Positions 1 to 10,261 of a DNA stretch of 15,515 nucleotides are shown piece after piece. Each line of letters starts with the position of its first letter. The first letter of the stretch is position 1. Under the pieces are notes generated by a model, which saw nothing but the letters and a program-made list of their open reading frames with translations, did no database searches and was not told the DNA's origin. A program made the translations under genes and the position numbers. This DNA is from Tubiluchus corallicola (lineage: Eukaryota; Animalia; Priapulida), in contig JAQGDQ010002083.1 in NCBI GenBank assembly GCA_030141605.1, positions 1 through 15,515 on the forward strand, written 5' to 3'.

Positions 1-404
1 GGAGGAGAGAGAAAGCGAGGAGAGAAAGAGAGAAAGGGAGAGAGAGTAAGCGACAGAGAGAGAGAGAGAGAGAAAGAGAGAAAGAGAGGAGAGAAAGAGA
101 GAAAGGGAGAGGGGAGAGAGAGAGAGTAAGCGAGAGTGGGTGTTAAACGTGCACGAGAGGAGGAGAGAGAAAGCGAGGAGAGAAAGAGAGAAAGGGAGAA
201 GGGAGAGAGAGTAAGCGACAGAGAGAGAGAGAGAGAAAGAGAGAAAGAGAGGAGAGAAAGAGAGAAAGGGAGAGGGGAGAGAGAGAGAGTAAGCGAGAGT
301 GGGTGGTAAACGTGCACGAGAGGAGGAGAGAGAAAGCGAAGAGAGAAAGAGAGAAAGGGAGAGGGGAGAGAGAGTAAGCAAGAGTGGGTGGTAAACATGC
401 ACGA
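1..404. repeat. GA-rich tandem repeat, about 160-bp unit, two full copies plus a shortened third (may extend beyond the window start)
   Basis: Units start at 1, 159 and 322 (GGAGGAGAGAGAAAGCGA...) and each ends in the marker GAGTGGGTG(G/T)TAAAC(G/A)TGCACGA (ending 156, 319, 404). Confidence 0.9.
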
Positions 405-524
405 TTTTGCTACGATTATGAGCATCTAAGTGGGACAAATAACATTCGCAAAAAGACAATTTAATAATGCATTATAACAGGGAGAGAGAGGAGAGAGAGA
501 TATATGCAGGTAAATGGCTAGAAG

Positions 525-895
525 GATGGACAGACGGATGGATGGATAGATGGAGAGAAGGAGGAAGGGAGGGGTGGATGGATAGATAAATAGATATATA
601 TATATAGATAGATAGATAGATGGATGGATGGATGGATGCATGGATGGATGGATGGATGGATGGATGGATGGATGGATGGACGGACGGACGGAGGGAGGGA
701 GGGGGAGGGGTGGATGGATGGATGGATGGATGGATAGATGGAATGGACGGACAGATGGATGGAAGGAGGAAGGGAGGGGTGGATGGATAGATAAATAGAT
801 ATATATATAGATATATAGATAGATGGATGGATGGATGGATGGATGGATGGATGGATGGATGGATGGATGGATGGATGGATGGATGGATGGATACA

Positions 896-905
<10 letters not shown>
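525..905. repeat. Compound (GGAT)n/(AGAT)n/(GGAC)n microsatellite with an internal duplication of about 205 bp
   Basis: Tetranucleotide runs; the block GAAGGAGGAAGGGAGGGGTGGATGGATAGATAAATAGATATATATA recurs at 557 and 762. Confidence 0.92.
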
Positions 906-1415
<510 letters not shown>

Positions 1416-1640
1416 GCGTGCAGCAGCTCAGTAGAAGCTGTTCAGTGCGTGTGATTGATAACCTTACTTAGAAATGCATTCAGGCATTCCTGTTTAGAGA
1501 TTGTAGCAGATTGACGAGACGATTATTGGCCAGTCTATTTCCGCCCGAGCTCCTCTATTCTTGCTTCTGCAATTCAGTGTGACGCGTGTGGAACAACTAC
1601 GCATGCGTGTCTTTCACTTTCGTCGGAATAATAACTTTAA

Positions 1641-2100
1641 AGGAAAACTGGATGATTGTGTCACATTAGTTCAGAATAAAGAATGCTCTTAAATATTGAA
1701 AACTTTTAATGCTACGCGCGGCTCAGTGAATCTACTAAGATTGGCAACGGCGCCTTTTGTCACATTCGAGTGGCCGACAAATACAAGCCGGTACCATGAT
1801 CATGAACTGCAGTGTTAGTTTGAGACGTCATTTGACGTAGAGCCCATTTTGGTGACATAATGCGTTTAAATAGTAACACCTACACAAACACCCTTGACGG
1901 GCAAGGGAAGATGCCTGCCATTGCGCAAACTGTGTTTAGTTTCTGACGTAAGGAATAGCTGTGTTCGGTTGCCGTTAATTAAATTTCTAAGCTGATTATT
2001 CAAATATAAGAAACAATTGTTAACTTTTATAAGCAAAAAATGTATATTTTGGACAGTAAATTAAAATGAGATGGAGTCTAAACAATCGTCCGGTCTTCCT
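1641..2100. mobile_element. Non-autonomous DNA transposon (MITE), Kolobok/T2 type, 460 bp
   Basis: TTAA at 1637-1640 and 2101-2104 flanks imperfect TIRs AGGAAAACTGGATGATTGT and ACAATCGTCCGGTCTTCCT (16/19 match). A TTAA TSD with AGG...CCT ends is the Kolobok/T2 signature. No ORF. Confidence 0.85.
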
Positions 2101-2657
2101 TTAACATAAAAGATTCTCTAATACCTCGTGTAAAATTTCTCCAGCTGATTGTGTAATTTGAGTTTTTGTAGCAGAAATCGAAATATTTGGCAATTCATGC
2201 AGATCATAACCAGTGAAATTTAAAAAAAAGATTTTTGTAAACTGAAGTCTAAGTGGGCTGATACCAAATTAATGCGTCATCACCTTCGTTGCTACCGTTG
2301 TCGTAATTATCATCATTAGGACGAAAACAACAATGACAACAACAACAACAACAGAACAACATGCGAAATGAAAAATGGCTTGTGGCACGCAACCCGACAA
2401 TCCCTTGTTTCCCACATCGAGTTTATGACTTTTGCAAACTAATGGTTGAAGATTGCTGCTGGTTTTAGCTCTTAATATTTTCTGGTCACGTGGATAGAAG
2501 AACTAAGAAGCACTGCAGTTATAATGTTCTTATAATTAAAGAAGAGAAAAAAACTTAATTAACAGCCCAGGAGCCCAGTCATGATGTCATAATTGAACAT
2601 AATTTTCAACAGGACAATCATTTCACGTGCGTTTTGCACAACATTCAGTGTGATATC

Positions 2658-2690
<33 letters not shown>

Positions 2691-2694
2691 GTCA

Positions 2695-2736
<42 letters not shown>

Positions 2737-2958
2737 TCGTCATCGTAATCGTCATCGTCGTCATCATCATCATCATCATAGTCATCATCACCATCGTCGT
2801 CATCATCATCATCATCATAGTCATCATCACCATCGTCGTCGTCGTCATCATCATCATCATCATCATCATCGTCGTCGTCGTCGTCGTCATCGTCGTCGCC
2901 GTCGTCGTCATCGTCACCATCATGATCATCATCATCGTAGTCATCATCACCATCGTCG

Positions 2959-2989
<31 letters not shown>

Positions 2990-3123
2990 CATCATAGTCA
3001 TCATCATCTTCGTCGTCGTCGTCATTATCGTCATCATCACTCTCATTATCATCATCAACATCCTCATCTTCATTGCCGTCATCATCATCATCCTTATCGT
3101 TGTCTTTGTCGTCATCATCACCG
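2658..3123. repeat. (ATC/GTC)n compound trinucleotide microsatellite
   Basis: In-phase ATC/GTC/ACC triplets; explains the poly-Ile/Val and poly-Met/Thr ORFs. Confidence 0.97.
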
Positions 3124-3648
3124 TTGTGACGTACACAAAAACTCAGAAAATTTTAAATTTAAGTCGATGAAGTTTTAGTTTACTGCTGTGCTCACGTTTT
3201 CTCATAAGTTCAATAAATTCCAGGTTTGCATTGTCTTAAGCTATTGTTTAAGTTTGGGTCCCGTTTTTCTTAGCACCTTGTGGGCACCCGCTATGACTTT
3301 GCTACAGTGATCAGTTGTTTCAGTTTGCTATTTCGTAATCCATTTAACTGATTCAACTGCCGGGATTTAGCCTGCCTGCCCGGTTTCTAATGACCGTGAC
3401 ATTTTAGCTAAAACAGGGAGGCTCACATTTCAAAAACAAACTGGAACGAGGAATGATAATATCGTCAGGAAAATTCTGATTCGTACGAACCATTCAGCAT
3501 TGAGACAATAGCAAGATTTCTAAGTGTGCAGAAATTAATTGTTAGAAGAAACATTTCAAACTTCATTGATATTATTAATTAATCACATTTAAGTAATGAT
3601 TACTGTGCTTAATTAATCCTAATCAAGCCTAATAAAAGCCCTAATAAA

Positions 3649-4211
3649 GGGAAGACAGGATGATTTTTCATAAGCTGCCCCATTTTCAAGTACGGTAAAA
3701 AGTATATATTTTAACACAATTGATAATGCAAAAGCGTTTCTGATTAAATATTTAAATAATAGATTAAAATCTTAATTAACGGCAACCGAGCGCAACTATT
3801 GATGGCGTCACAAACTAACATAATCTTCAACAGAGAAAATATCCCACGAGCGTGTTGCACGTGTTTGTGAAAGCGAAAATTGAAGTACAGTGCTACTGTA
3901 AGACGTTCAGTGTGTTGTTCTAAAACTAGGCAGGTTCTAAGATAAAAATTCAAATTTCAAATTTACCGCTGTGCTCACGCATGAGCTGTCGAACGTGTGT
4001 AGTTTGTCATAAACTAACACATCTGATCTGAGAGGCACAGCACTGGTTTTTTGTGCTATGTGCTTCCAAAATGCAGACGCTACTGCCCCTCTAACTAGCG
4101 AATGGCAAAATGTATGTAACGGCGAAAAACTCCTAGCAGGAATGTGAAATTGCACTTGTCTGGTAATAATTCTTTCACGTAAGTCATTTTTGAAAAAATA
4201 GTATGTCTCCT
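3649..4211. mobile_element. Older Kolobok-type MITE related to 1641-2100, in the opposite orientation
   Basis: The reverse complement of about 3650-3820 aligns with 1936-2100 (TTAGTTTGTGACG..AATAGTTGCGCTCGGTTGCCGTTAATTAA vs TTAGTTTCTGACG..AATAGCTGTGTTCGGTTGCCGTTAATTAA). Left end GGGAAGACAGGATGATT follows TAAA; the putative right end ...ATGTCTCCT precedes TTGA (decayed TTAA). The right boundary is less certain. Confidence 0.65.
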
Positions 4212-4725
4212 TTGAGTATTTTAAAGAGCAGATTGTTTTGGCCTACAGTTTAAGATTGGGTCCCGTTTTGCTTTAAACAATGATTAATGTTTTCTAATCA
4301 AGCCTTATAAAAGTCCTTAAAAGTCCAACGAGTGATATATTACTGTATTTCTTCTGTTTTTCACAGTTTAAGTAACTCTCATGTCATCGGGTGGTAATCA
4401 TTAGAAATCGTCGTTTCAACTGCGCATGCCCAGCAGATATGGCGTCTATGAGTTATGACATTTTGAACAACGTTGTTATCGCGGGATAAAACGTAATTAT
4501 GCTTTTTCCGGGAATTAATTTATGATTCGCGTAAGAGCGAGAATGGTTCGCAGAGATTTCAGTTCGAGTTATTTATTTTCCTCCAGGCGTTGATTGTAAT
4601 TAAGTTATTTAAAGCAAAGTATTTACAGTGGCATACCAGTAACAGAATCATATTCAAATGAGAGAAATGTCTTTATATATATATGTATGGCAAATAAAGG
4701 TTATATATATATAATGAGAGAAATA

Positions 4726-4727
<2 letters not shown>

Positions 4728-4779
<52 letters not shown>

Positions 4780-4780
4780 A
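4728..4780. repeat. (TA)n microsatellite
   Basis: Direct TA run. Confidence 0.95.
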
Positions 4781-4964
4781 TCTTTATTTGCCATAAAAAA
4801 TTGATATTCATAACTATAAAAGCATAAAAGAACATGGCAGGATGAGAATGAAATTCACACAACGGTTAAAGGCAAATGCAATTTACATTAAATAAGCTGC
4901 AACACAATTGACACCAGTCACATTAAATCAATTATCGTCGTAGACATAGGCAATTACGACTTTA

Positions 4965-5083
4965 GCAACAACGTCATTATCTTCATAATCATCATCATAA
5001 TCATCAACAACATCACCCTCCTCTTCGTCGTCGTCGTCGTCGTCATTGTCGTCATCATCATCATCATCGTCGTCGTTATTATC
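4965..5083. repeat. Degenerate (ATC/GTC)n trinucleotide repeat
   Basis: In-phase ATC/GTC triplets. Confidence 0.9.
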
Positions 5084-5192
5084 GCCGAAGAACCATTGGT
5101 ACCATTTTTAAGTTTTTTGTATGACTCGTAGTTGAACCCGCTACCTTCCGGGTGGGAAACGAGCACGCTACAATAGAGCTATGTCACCCGGT
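5083..5192 (-). mobile_element. tRNA-derived SINE, 5' portion only (possibly Meta-SINE-like)
   Basis: Minus strand reads ACCGGGTGACATAGCTCTATTGTAGCGTGCTCGTTTCCCACCCGGAAGGTAGCGGGTTCAACTACGAGTCATACAAAAAACTTAAAAATGGTACC: A-box-like TAGCTCTATTG and B-box-like GGTTCAACTAC at tRNA spacing, then a GTCATAC..AAAAATGGTAC body that I recall from widespread metazoan SINEs. The family name is from memory and unverified. Confidence 0.75.
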
Positions 5193-5884
5193 TCTGAAGT
5201 GCACGGTTTTTTAAGATTTTTCATTTTATTACGACATTATTGTGAAATTCAATTATTGTTTTAGCAACTGAGAGTATATTAAAATATAGTTTAAAACAAG
5301 TTTGAATTTAGCTGACATTTGACAGAAGGAAATTATGTAAAACCACATCAATTATATGTACAATGTGAACTAAATTGATTGAACGCATTAATTTAATAAC
5401 TACGCCATTTTGTGTTTTTTCTTTAATTTTCCCACATAGCTGTGACATTTACTGACACTTGTTAATTATCCCTTTCTGAAATATTCCCATCAGTTAAATA
5501 AACTTCCTTCCACATTTGAAGCAGCTGCATTGTTAAAACTTGAGCGCCTTTACTGCTCCTTTATAGCATGTATATGTAGATACATATATTTACACGGCTT
5601 TTGTCTTTAATCACTGTCATTGGCTTCCTCGCTATGGCTTCCTGTTGCTGCTTTAAATTTGCTAGTGATTAAGTAAAGGCTTTCAAAACGAGCTTGAATT
5701 CGCTGCTGTCTGTATACCAGACGCAGAAACATATCTTTATGCCTTTAATTCTGTAGTACCAAAAAAACAAGAATGTATATTAATTGCACTGATTAAATGG
5801 TGATTAATTTTACTAATTAATACTGAATGATTAATACTGATTAAATTTAAAGCAAGAAACAAACTAGAAGATTTTTTAAAACTA

Positions 5885-6240
5885 GCAAGTTAGGCGCATA
5901 ACAATGACTGTATTTGAGCCACTTTATCGTCATCTGGAACATTGTTTAACATACTGCATGAACAGCAAGGGAGCGAAAACAGAGCCTTGAAGGAGGCCGG
6001 TCCAGATATTAATTGATGAGCTTATCTGGAACATTGTTTAACATACTGCACGAACAGCAAGGGAGCGAAAACAGAGCCTTGAAGGAGGCTGGTCCTGATA
6101 TTAATGGATGAGCTTATCTGGAACATTGTTTAGCATACTGCATGAACAGCAAGGGAGCAAAAACAGAGCCTTGAAGGAGGCCAGTCCTGATATTAATTGA
6201 TGAGCTTCTCGTTGCCTCATCTTTAAGTACAAAACGAAGT
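5885..6240 (-). mobile_element. Decayed non-LTR retrotransposon RT fragment hosting the 92-bp array
   Basis: LRFVLKDEATRSSSINIRTGLLQGSVFAPLLFMQYV resembles the LINE motif R.Q.V.....S.....SGVPQGSVLGPLLF..Y. After a 1-nt frameshift it continues NNVPDDDKVAQIQSLLCA*LA, where (Y/F)ADD is expected. Confidence 0.65.
5932..6207. repeat. Tandem array, 3 x 92 bp, derived from LINE reverse-transcriptase sequence
   Basis: Units start ATCTGGAACATTG at 5932, 6024 and 6116, with few substitutions. The minus strand translates to SSSINIRTGLLQGSVFAPLLFMQY. Confidence 0.95.
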
Positions 6241-6561
6241 CATACATTTTACATTAACGTCTATTATTTCCTGTCTTCCATCGCATAACACTGATTGTTC
6301 AGACAATTAATTATTTAGGATTTTGCTGGGTTTTATCGGGTTATGGGTTTCGCTGGAACCACACTGTTCGTCATGCATAGGCGCCTAATAACATTTATGC
6401 ATAATTTAGGCAGTCTAAATTTCCAGCTGCCCTTTCGTGCGCTGCTGCTGCTCTAATGAGGTTCGAGAACTGGGACTAAAGGGGAAATGATGAACCACAA
6501 CACTTACTGCCTCTCATATGCGAATGTAAAAACAGTTAAAGAAAAATTCATATATAGATTC

Positions 6562-6592
<31 letters not shown>

Positions 6593-7519
6593 ACTTGTGT
6601 TTTTTTTCATCCATCATAATGGTGCATTACATGTAATATGTAATAGGGTAAGTAGTGCCATTTACTTTTGAAATTTCGTTCACTGAAAAACTACAAAATT
6701 ATTGAACGTAATGTCTAGCAATAAATTTTAATTCTAATAACAAATATTGATCGAAATTAATGGTAATTGCTGGTAAGTGATGGATTAATGGCTGGAATAG
6801 TCAGAATCGCAATTGTGGCATGTACAATTATCAGCATGTATAAATTGGCTATGTTAAACAATTCCGTTACTTATTTAGGAGGACCTTAGTACTAATAAAC
6901 CATAATTTTAAAAAATATATCAGTGTTAAAAAAACTTGTTATAGCATAAGGTAGGCGAAAGTCAGTACTTTCTAATTTACTAAAAAAAATTATTTATTTA
7001 ATGAAATTTGAAAACAGTGTACTTTAATTAGTAGACCAAATATTTGAAAAAAGCAAAAATTTACTTTCAGCTGTTAAAACAGCCTCGTGCTCAGTTCTCT
7101 GCTGCACTAAACTCGTCATTACCGACATGCATGTAGTATAAAGGCTGTCCAAAAGTCATTGTTACCTAGCCTTCCCATGATCCCTTAGACAATGGTAACG
7201 GAAATATAAGGGCTGTTACATCCAGTCCCGGTCCCCCATACGTCTTAAAACAGCAACACAGTTTCCAATAAATGGCACATGTGGCTGTTGTGTTTTCTCA
7301 GGGCTGGAACTTTACCAGTCTATGCAGATTTGTTTGTTGCTAATATTTCGCTAACAAGGAGGCAGAAGGCAATCCTGCGCTGTATGAACGAAGACCCCCT
7401 GGAGAAACCTCTGCGCTCACAATCCTCCAACAAATTCTGTTCATCTGGCGACCTGTTACCCCTACTCCCCGATGGACGAGCTGAAAAACAAAAGAACGTC
7501 TTCTTGTCACGTTCAGACT

Positions 7520-8075
7520 AACCCGAGAAAAACTTTAAAATTCCCAATCATTGAAGCACAGAAAGAATATTTTACTCTGCTTTTTATATTTAAATACGTT
7601 AACAACATCAGCAAACCATTCCAGAATAACAGATTTACCTTTTTTTCCAAATCCTATCGTTAATTCCAGAACAAGTAATCTAAAACAAATTAGGACAAAT
7701 ACCCACTATGGAACGAACTCTGTAATCAAACAAGCAATTCTACTTTGGAATTCTCTACCATTACAGGTTAAACAAATCTAGTCCCTATCAGCATTTAAAA
7801 CAAAATTAAAATCATTAATGTTAACCAGATATGAAATACCATCACACCAGTACGACAACATACACACTAATTCAGAATTTATATATCCACGGCCATATTA
7901 ATTAAATCATAATTTTTTCATTTTTTTGCATAGTTGTAAATATGTTTGATTTTATTCGTCGTTACTTTCCATTAGTTTAGATTGCACTGGCGCATTTGCC
8001 TTTAGCAGTGTAAGTTTTTATTAACTACCGCTGATTGATCATCTCTGTAAAATTTTTATCAGTGATTATAAATGT
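7520..8075 (+). mobile_element. 3' end of a CR1-group (Crack/Daphne/L2-like) LINE: decayed ORF2 C-terminus plus 3' UTR
   Basis: Joined frames read TLKFPIIEAQKEYFTLLFIFKYVNN...SY / NSRTSNLKQIRTNTHYGTNSVIKQAILLWNSLPLQVKQI*SLSAFKTKLKSLML, the typical 'YG..S.......LWNSLP..IK...SL..FK..LK' ending. A T-rich UTR-like stretch follows; the 3' boundary is approximate. Confidence 0.8.
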
Positions 8076-8103
8076 ATTTTAAAGGCAGATAAAGATTATA
8101 AAG

Positions 8104-8238
8104 ATAACTCTTGATAAATGCACCCCAAGCGCTGATATCTGTAGTTTGTCTGTGTAGATAATTGTCTGAGACGTCAAAACAACGTTTCTTTTGTAATAGC
8201 TATCTGCATGAGATGACCAGTTGGAGCTAGTGTGAGAA

Positions 8239-8307
<69 letters not shown>

Positions 8308-8330
8308 GTGTCTCTCTGTGTCTCTCTATG

Positions 8331-8362
<32 letters not shown>

Positions 8363-8450
8363 GCTTTCTCTCTCTCCCCTCTCCCTTTCTCTCTTTCTCT
8401 CCTCGCTTTCTCTCTCCTCCTCTCACTGTTTCTCGTTATCTATCTATCTA
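8104..8450 (-). mobile_element. Unclassified dispersed repeat, copy B (inverted relative to 896-1415)
   Basis: Reverse complement of the core (8104-8240), the (TC)n run and the GA-rich block of copy A. Confidence 0.8.
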
Positions 8451-8462
8451 TATGTCTATCTA

Positions 8463-8529
<67 letters not shown>

Positions 8530-8572
8530 ACCTACCTACCTACCTACCTACCTACCTACCTATCTATCTATG

Positions 8573-8637
<65 letters not shown>

Positions 8638-8638
8638 G

Positions 8639-8700
<62 letters not shown>
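8437..8700. repeat. Compound microsatellite (TATC)(TGTC)(TGCC)(TACC)(TATC) then (TA)n
   Basis: In-phase tetranucleotide blocks followed by a TA run at 8669-8700. Confidence 0.97.
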
Positions 8701-8704
<4 letters not shown>

Positions 8705-9022
8705 CACGCGTCACGTGATTTGACAAAGCGTAATAACTTGCGCGAGAGTGCTGTGTTGATCTATGTGGTTTGGGGAAACCATGTTCATGTTTATCTAGTA
8801 ACTAGTACTGCTGGCAGCTCCGAGGCTTTAGATGATTTAGATCAGCATGAGGTGATTAAGTTTATGGTCCTGCCGTGCAAGTATTTGGACGATGTTTGCA
8901 AAGTGAGGAAAATTCACCACTTCTTTCCTCCCCTGTTGATGGAAAAATTGCTCTTGACAGAACTTCAAATTCACTTGTAAGAAGCCATGTACCTTGAAAT
9001 TGTGGGTCAATACACGAAGCTT

Positions 9023-9690
9023 GATGTTCGTTCTTCGAATCGAAGATGACCATAGTGACAGGGATAAAAGGTCAGTTTGGGGGGTTGTCATTCCTTTGAT
9101 GAGCTCGAAGGTGACTGACTAGGCCAATTCTGGCCTGGAAACTTCTTTGGCATTTGGCACAGGTGAGGCTGGGTGTTTGGACCTGTTGTTGGGCAGTGTC
9201 ACATGCCTTGCGTCTCCTGCGCTTCTCCTCTGCCTTCTCAGTTCTTTTCGCCTCTGCTGTCTTAGCCCCTGTGGTGATGGCACTCCGCCATTCTGAGTGA
9301 TCTTGTGCAAGGGTTTCCATTGAGCGGATGTCCATGCTGAGCTCCTTGAGTAAGGCCTTCAAACTGTCTTTGAAACGTTTCTTTGGTCGTCCAACCTTTC
9401 TCTTTCCAGACACAAGTTCTCCATAGAGCATCTTCTTTGGTATGCGGTTGTCTGGCGTGCGAATCACATGTCCTGCCCACCGAATTTGTGTTTTGAGGAG
9501 GAGTGTATGAATGCTGGGGAGGTCAGCTCTTTTCAGTACCTCTGTGTCTGGCACCTTGTCCTGCCACTTGATGTGCAGGATTTTCCTCAGACAGCCCATG
9601 TGAAAGTGGTTAAGCTGTTTATCGTGTCTCCTGTATGTCCAGGATTCGCTGGCATAGAGTAGAGTGGTGATGACGACAGCTCTATACACC
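9023..9690 (-). mobile_element. 5'-truncated RTE-clade LINE with target-site duplication
   Basis: ORF 9072-9695 has the RTE C-terminus (VYRAVVITTLLYASESW, LRKILHIKWQDKVPDTEVL, RWAGHVIR.PDNRIPKKMLYGEL, GRPKKRFKD, C2H2-like CAKCQRSFQARIGLVSHLRAH). Short 3' UTR with palindrome TCTTCGAATCGAAGA (9032-9046) and an ACATC(A) tail. Flanked by GTCAATACACGAAGCTT (9006-9022) and GTCAATACGAAGCTT (9691-9705). Confidence 0.95.
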
Positions 9691-10261
9691 GTCAATACGA
9701 AGCTTACCTATACATTAATGGATATAATTGAATTTTATTGTGGTAGGACCAGTAATTTAAGATAGGTTCTACTATTCATAATATCTAAAAATAGGTTAAT
9801 AGAGGATCTCGAAACTTTCAGCATATGAAGAGCACCCGTATTGCTGTTTGCCAGGAGGCAATTTTTAACACATTTAACAATAAGAACTCCATGCAGTTTC
9901 AAGCAGATGTTTAACATTTAGACGGTATATTATTTGCAGTTTTACTCTTGTGATTAAAGGAACAATTCTCAAATTAGTATAATTCGAAACATTTATATTT
10001 GTACTTACGCTCTATGCAGTATGGCAGTATCATATGTAATTATTTTGTTGTTGTGATTTCAGCCTGATCAATGCTGCAATATCATAAATAAACCACTTTG
10101 ATTGATTCAGCAAAAACTTCCATAGTTATTTAGTTCAGGTACAAGTTCAAGATCACGTATGCCGTGCAAGGTCAAAACTACCTATGAATGTGGCTTCGAC
10201 AAGTGTTTGAAATCGCGGCTGTTTCACACTTGTAACAGTCCGCGACAGTAATGTTCGAGCC

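Noticed and set aside
5120-5192. Functional tRNA gene
   Set aside because: A and B boxes are degenerate, I cannot build an acceptor stem, and the sequence continues into a SINE-like body.
6452-6477. Hammerhead-like CTAATGAG-GTTC-GA-GAAC-TGGGAC
   Set aside because: Both core boxes are mutated (CUAAUGA, GGGA) and stems I and III are missing.
8702-9060. Solo LTR suggested by TGTCAC...GTGACA ends after a (TA)n run
   Set aside because: The GTGACA lies within the RTE 3' UTR, inside its TSD-bounded span, and there is no matching TSD. The TGTCACG start alone is insufficient.
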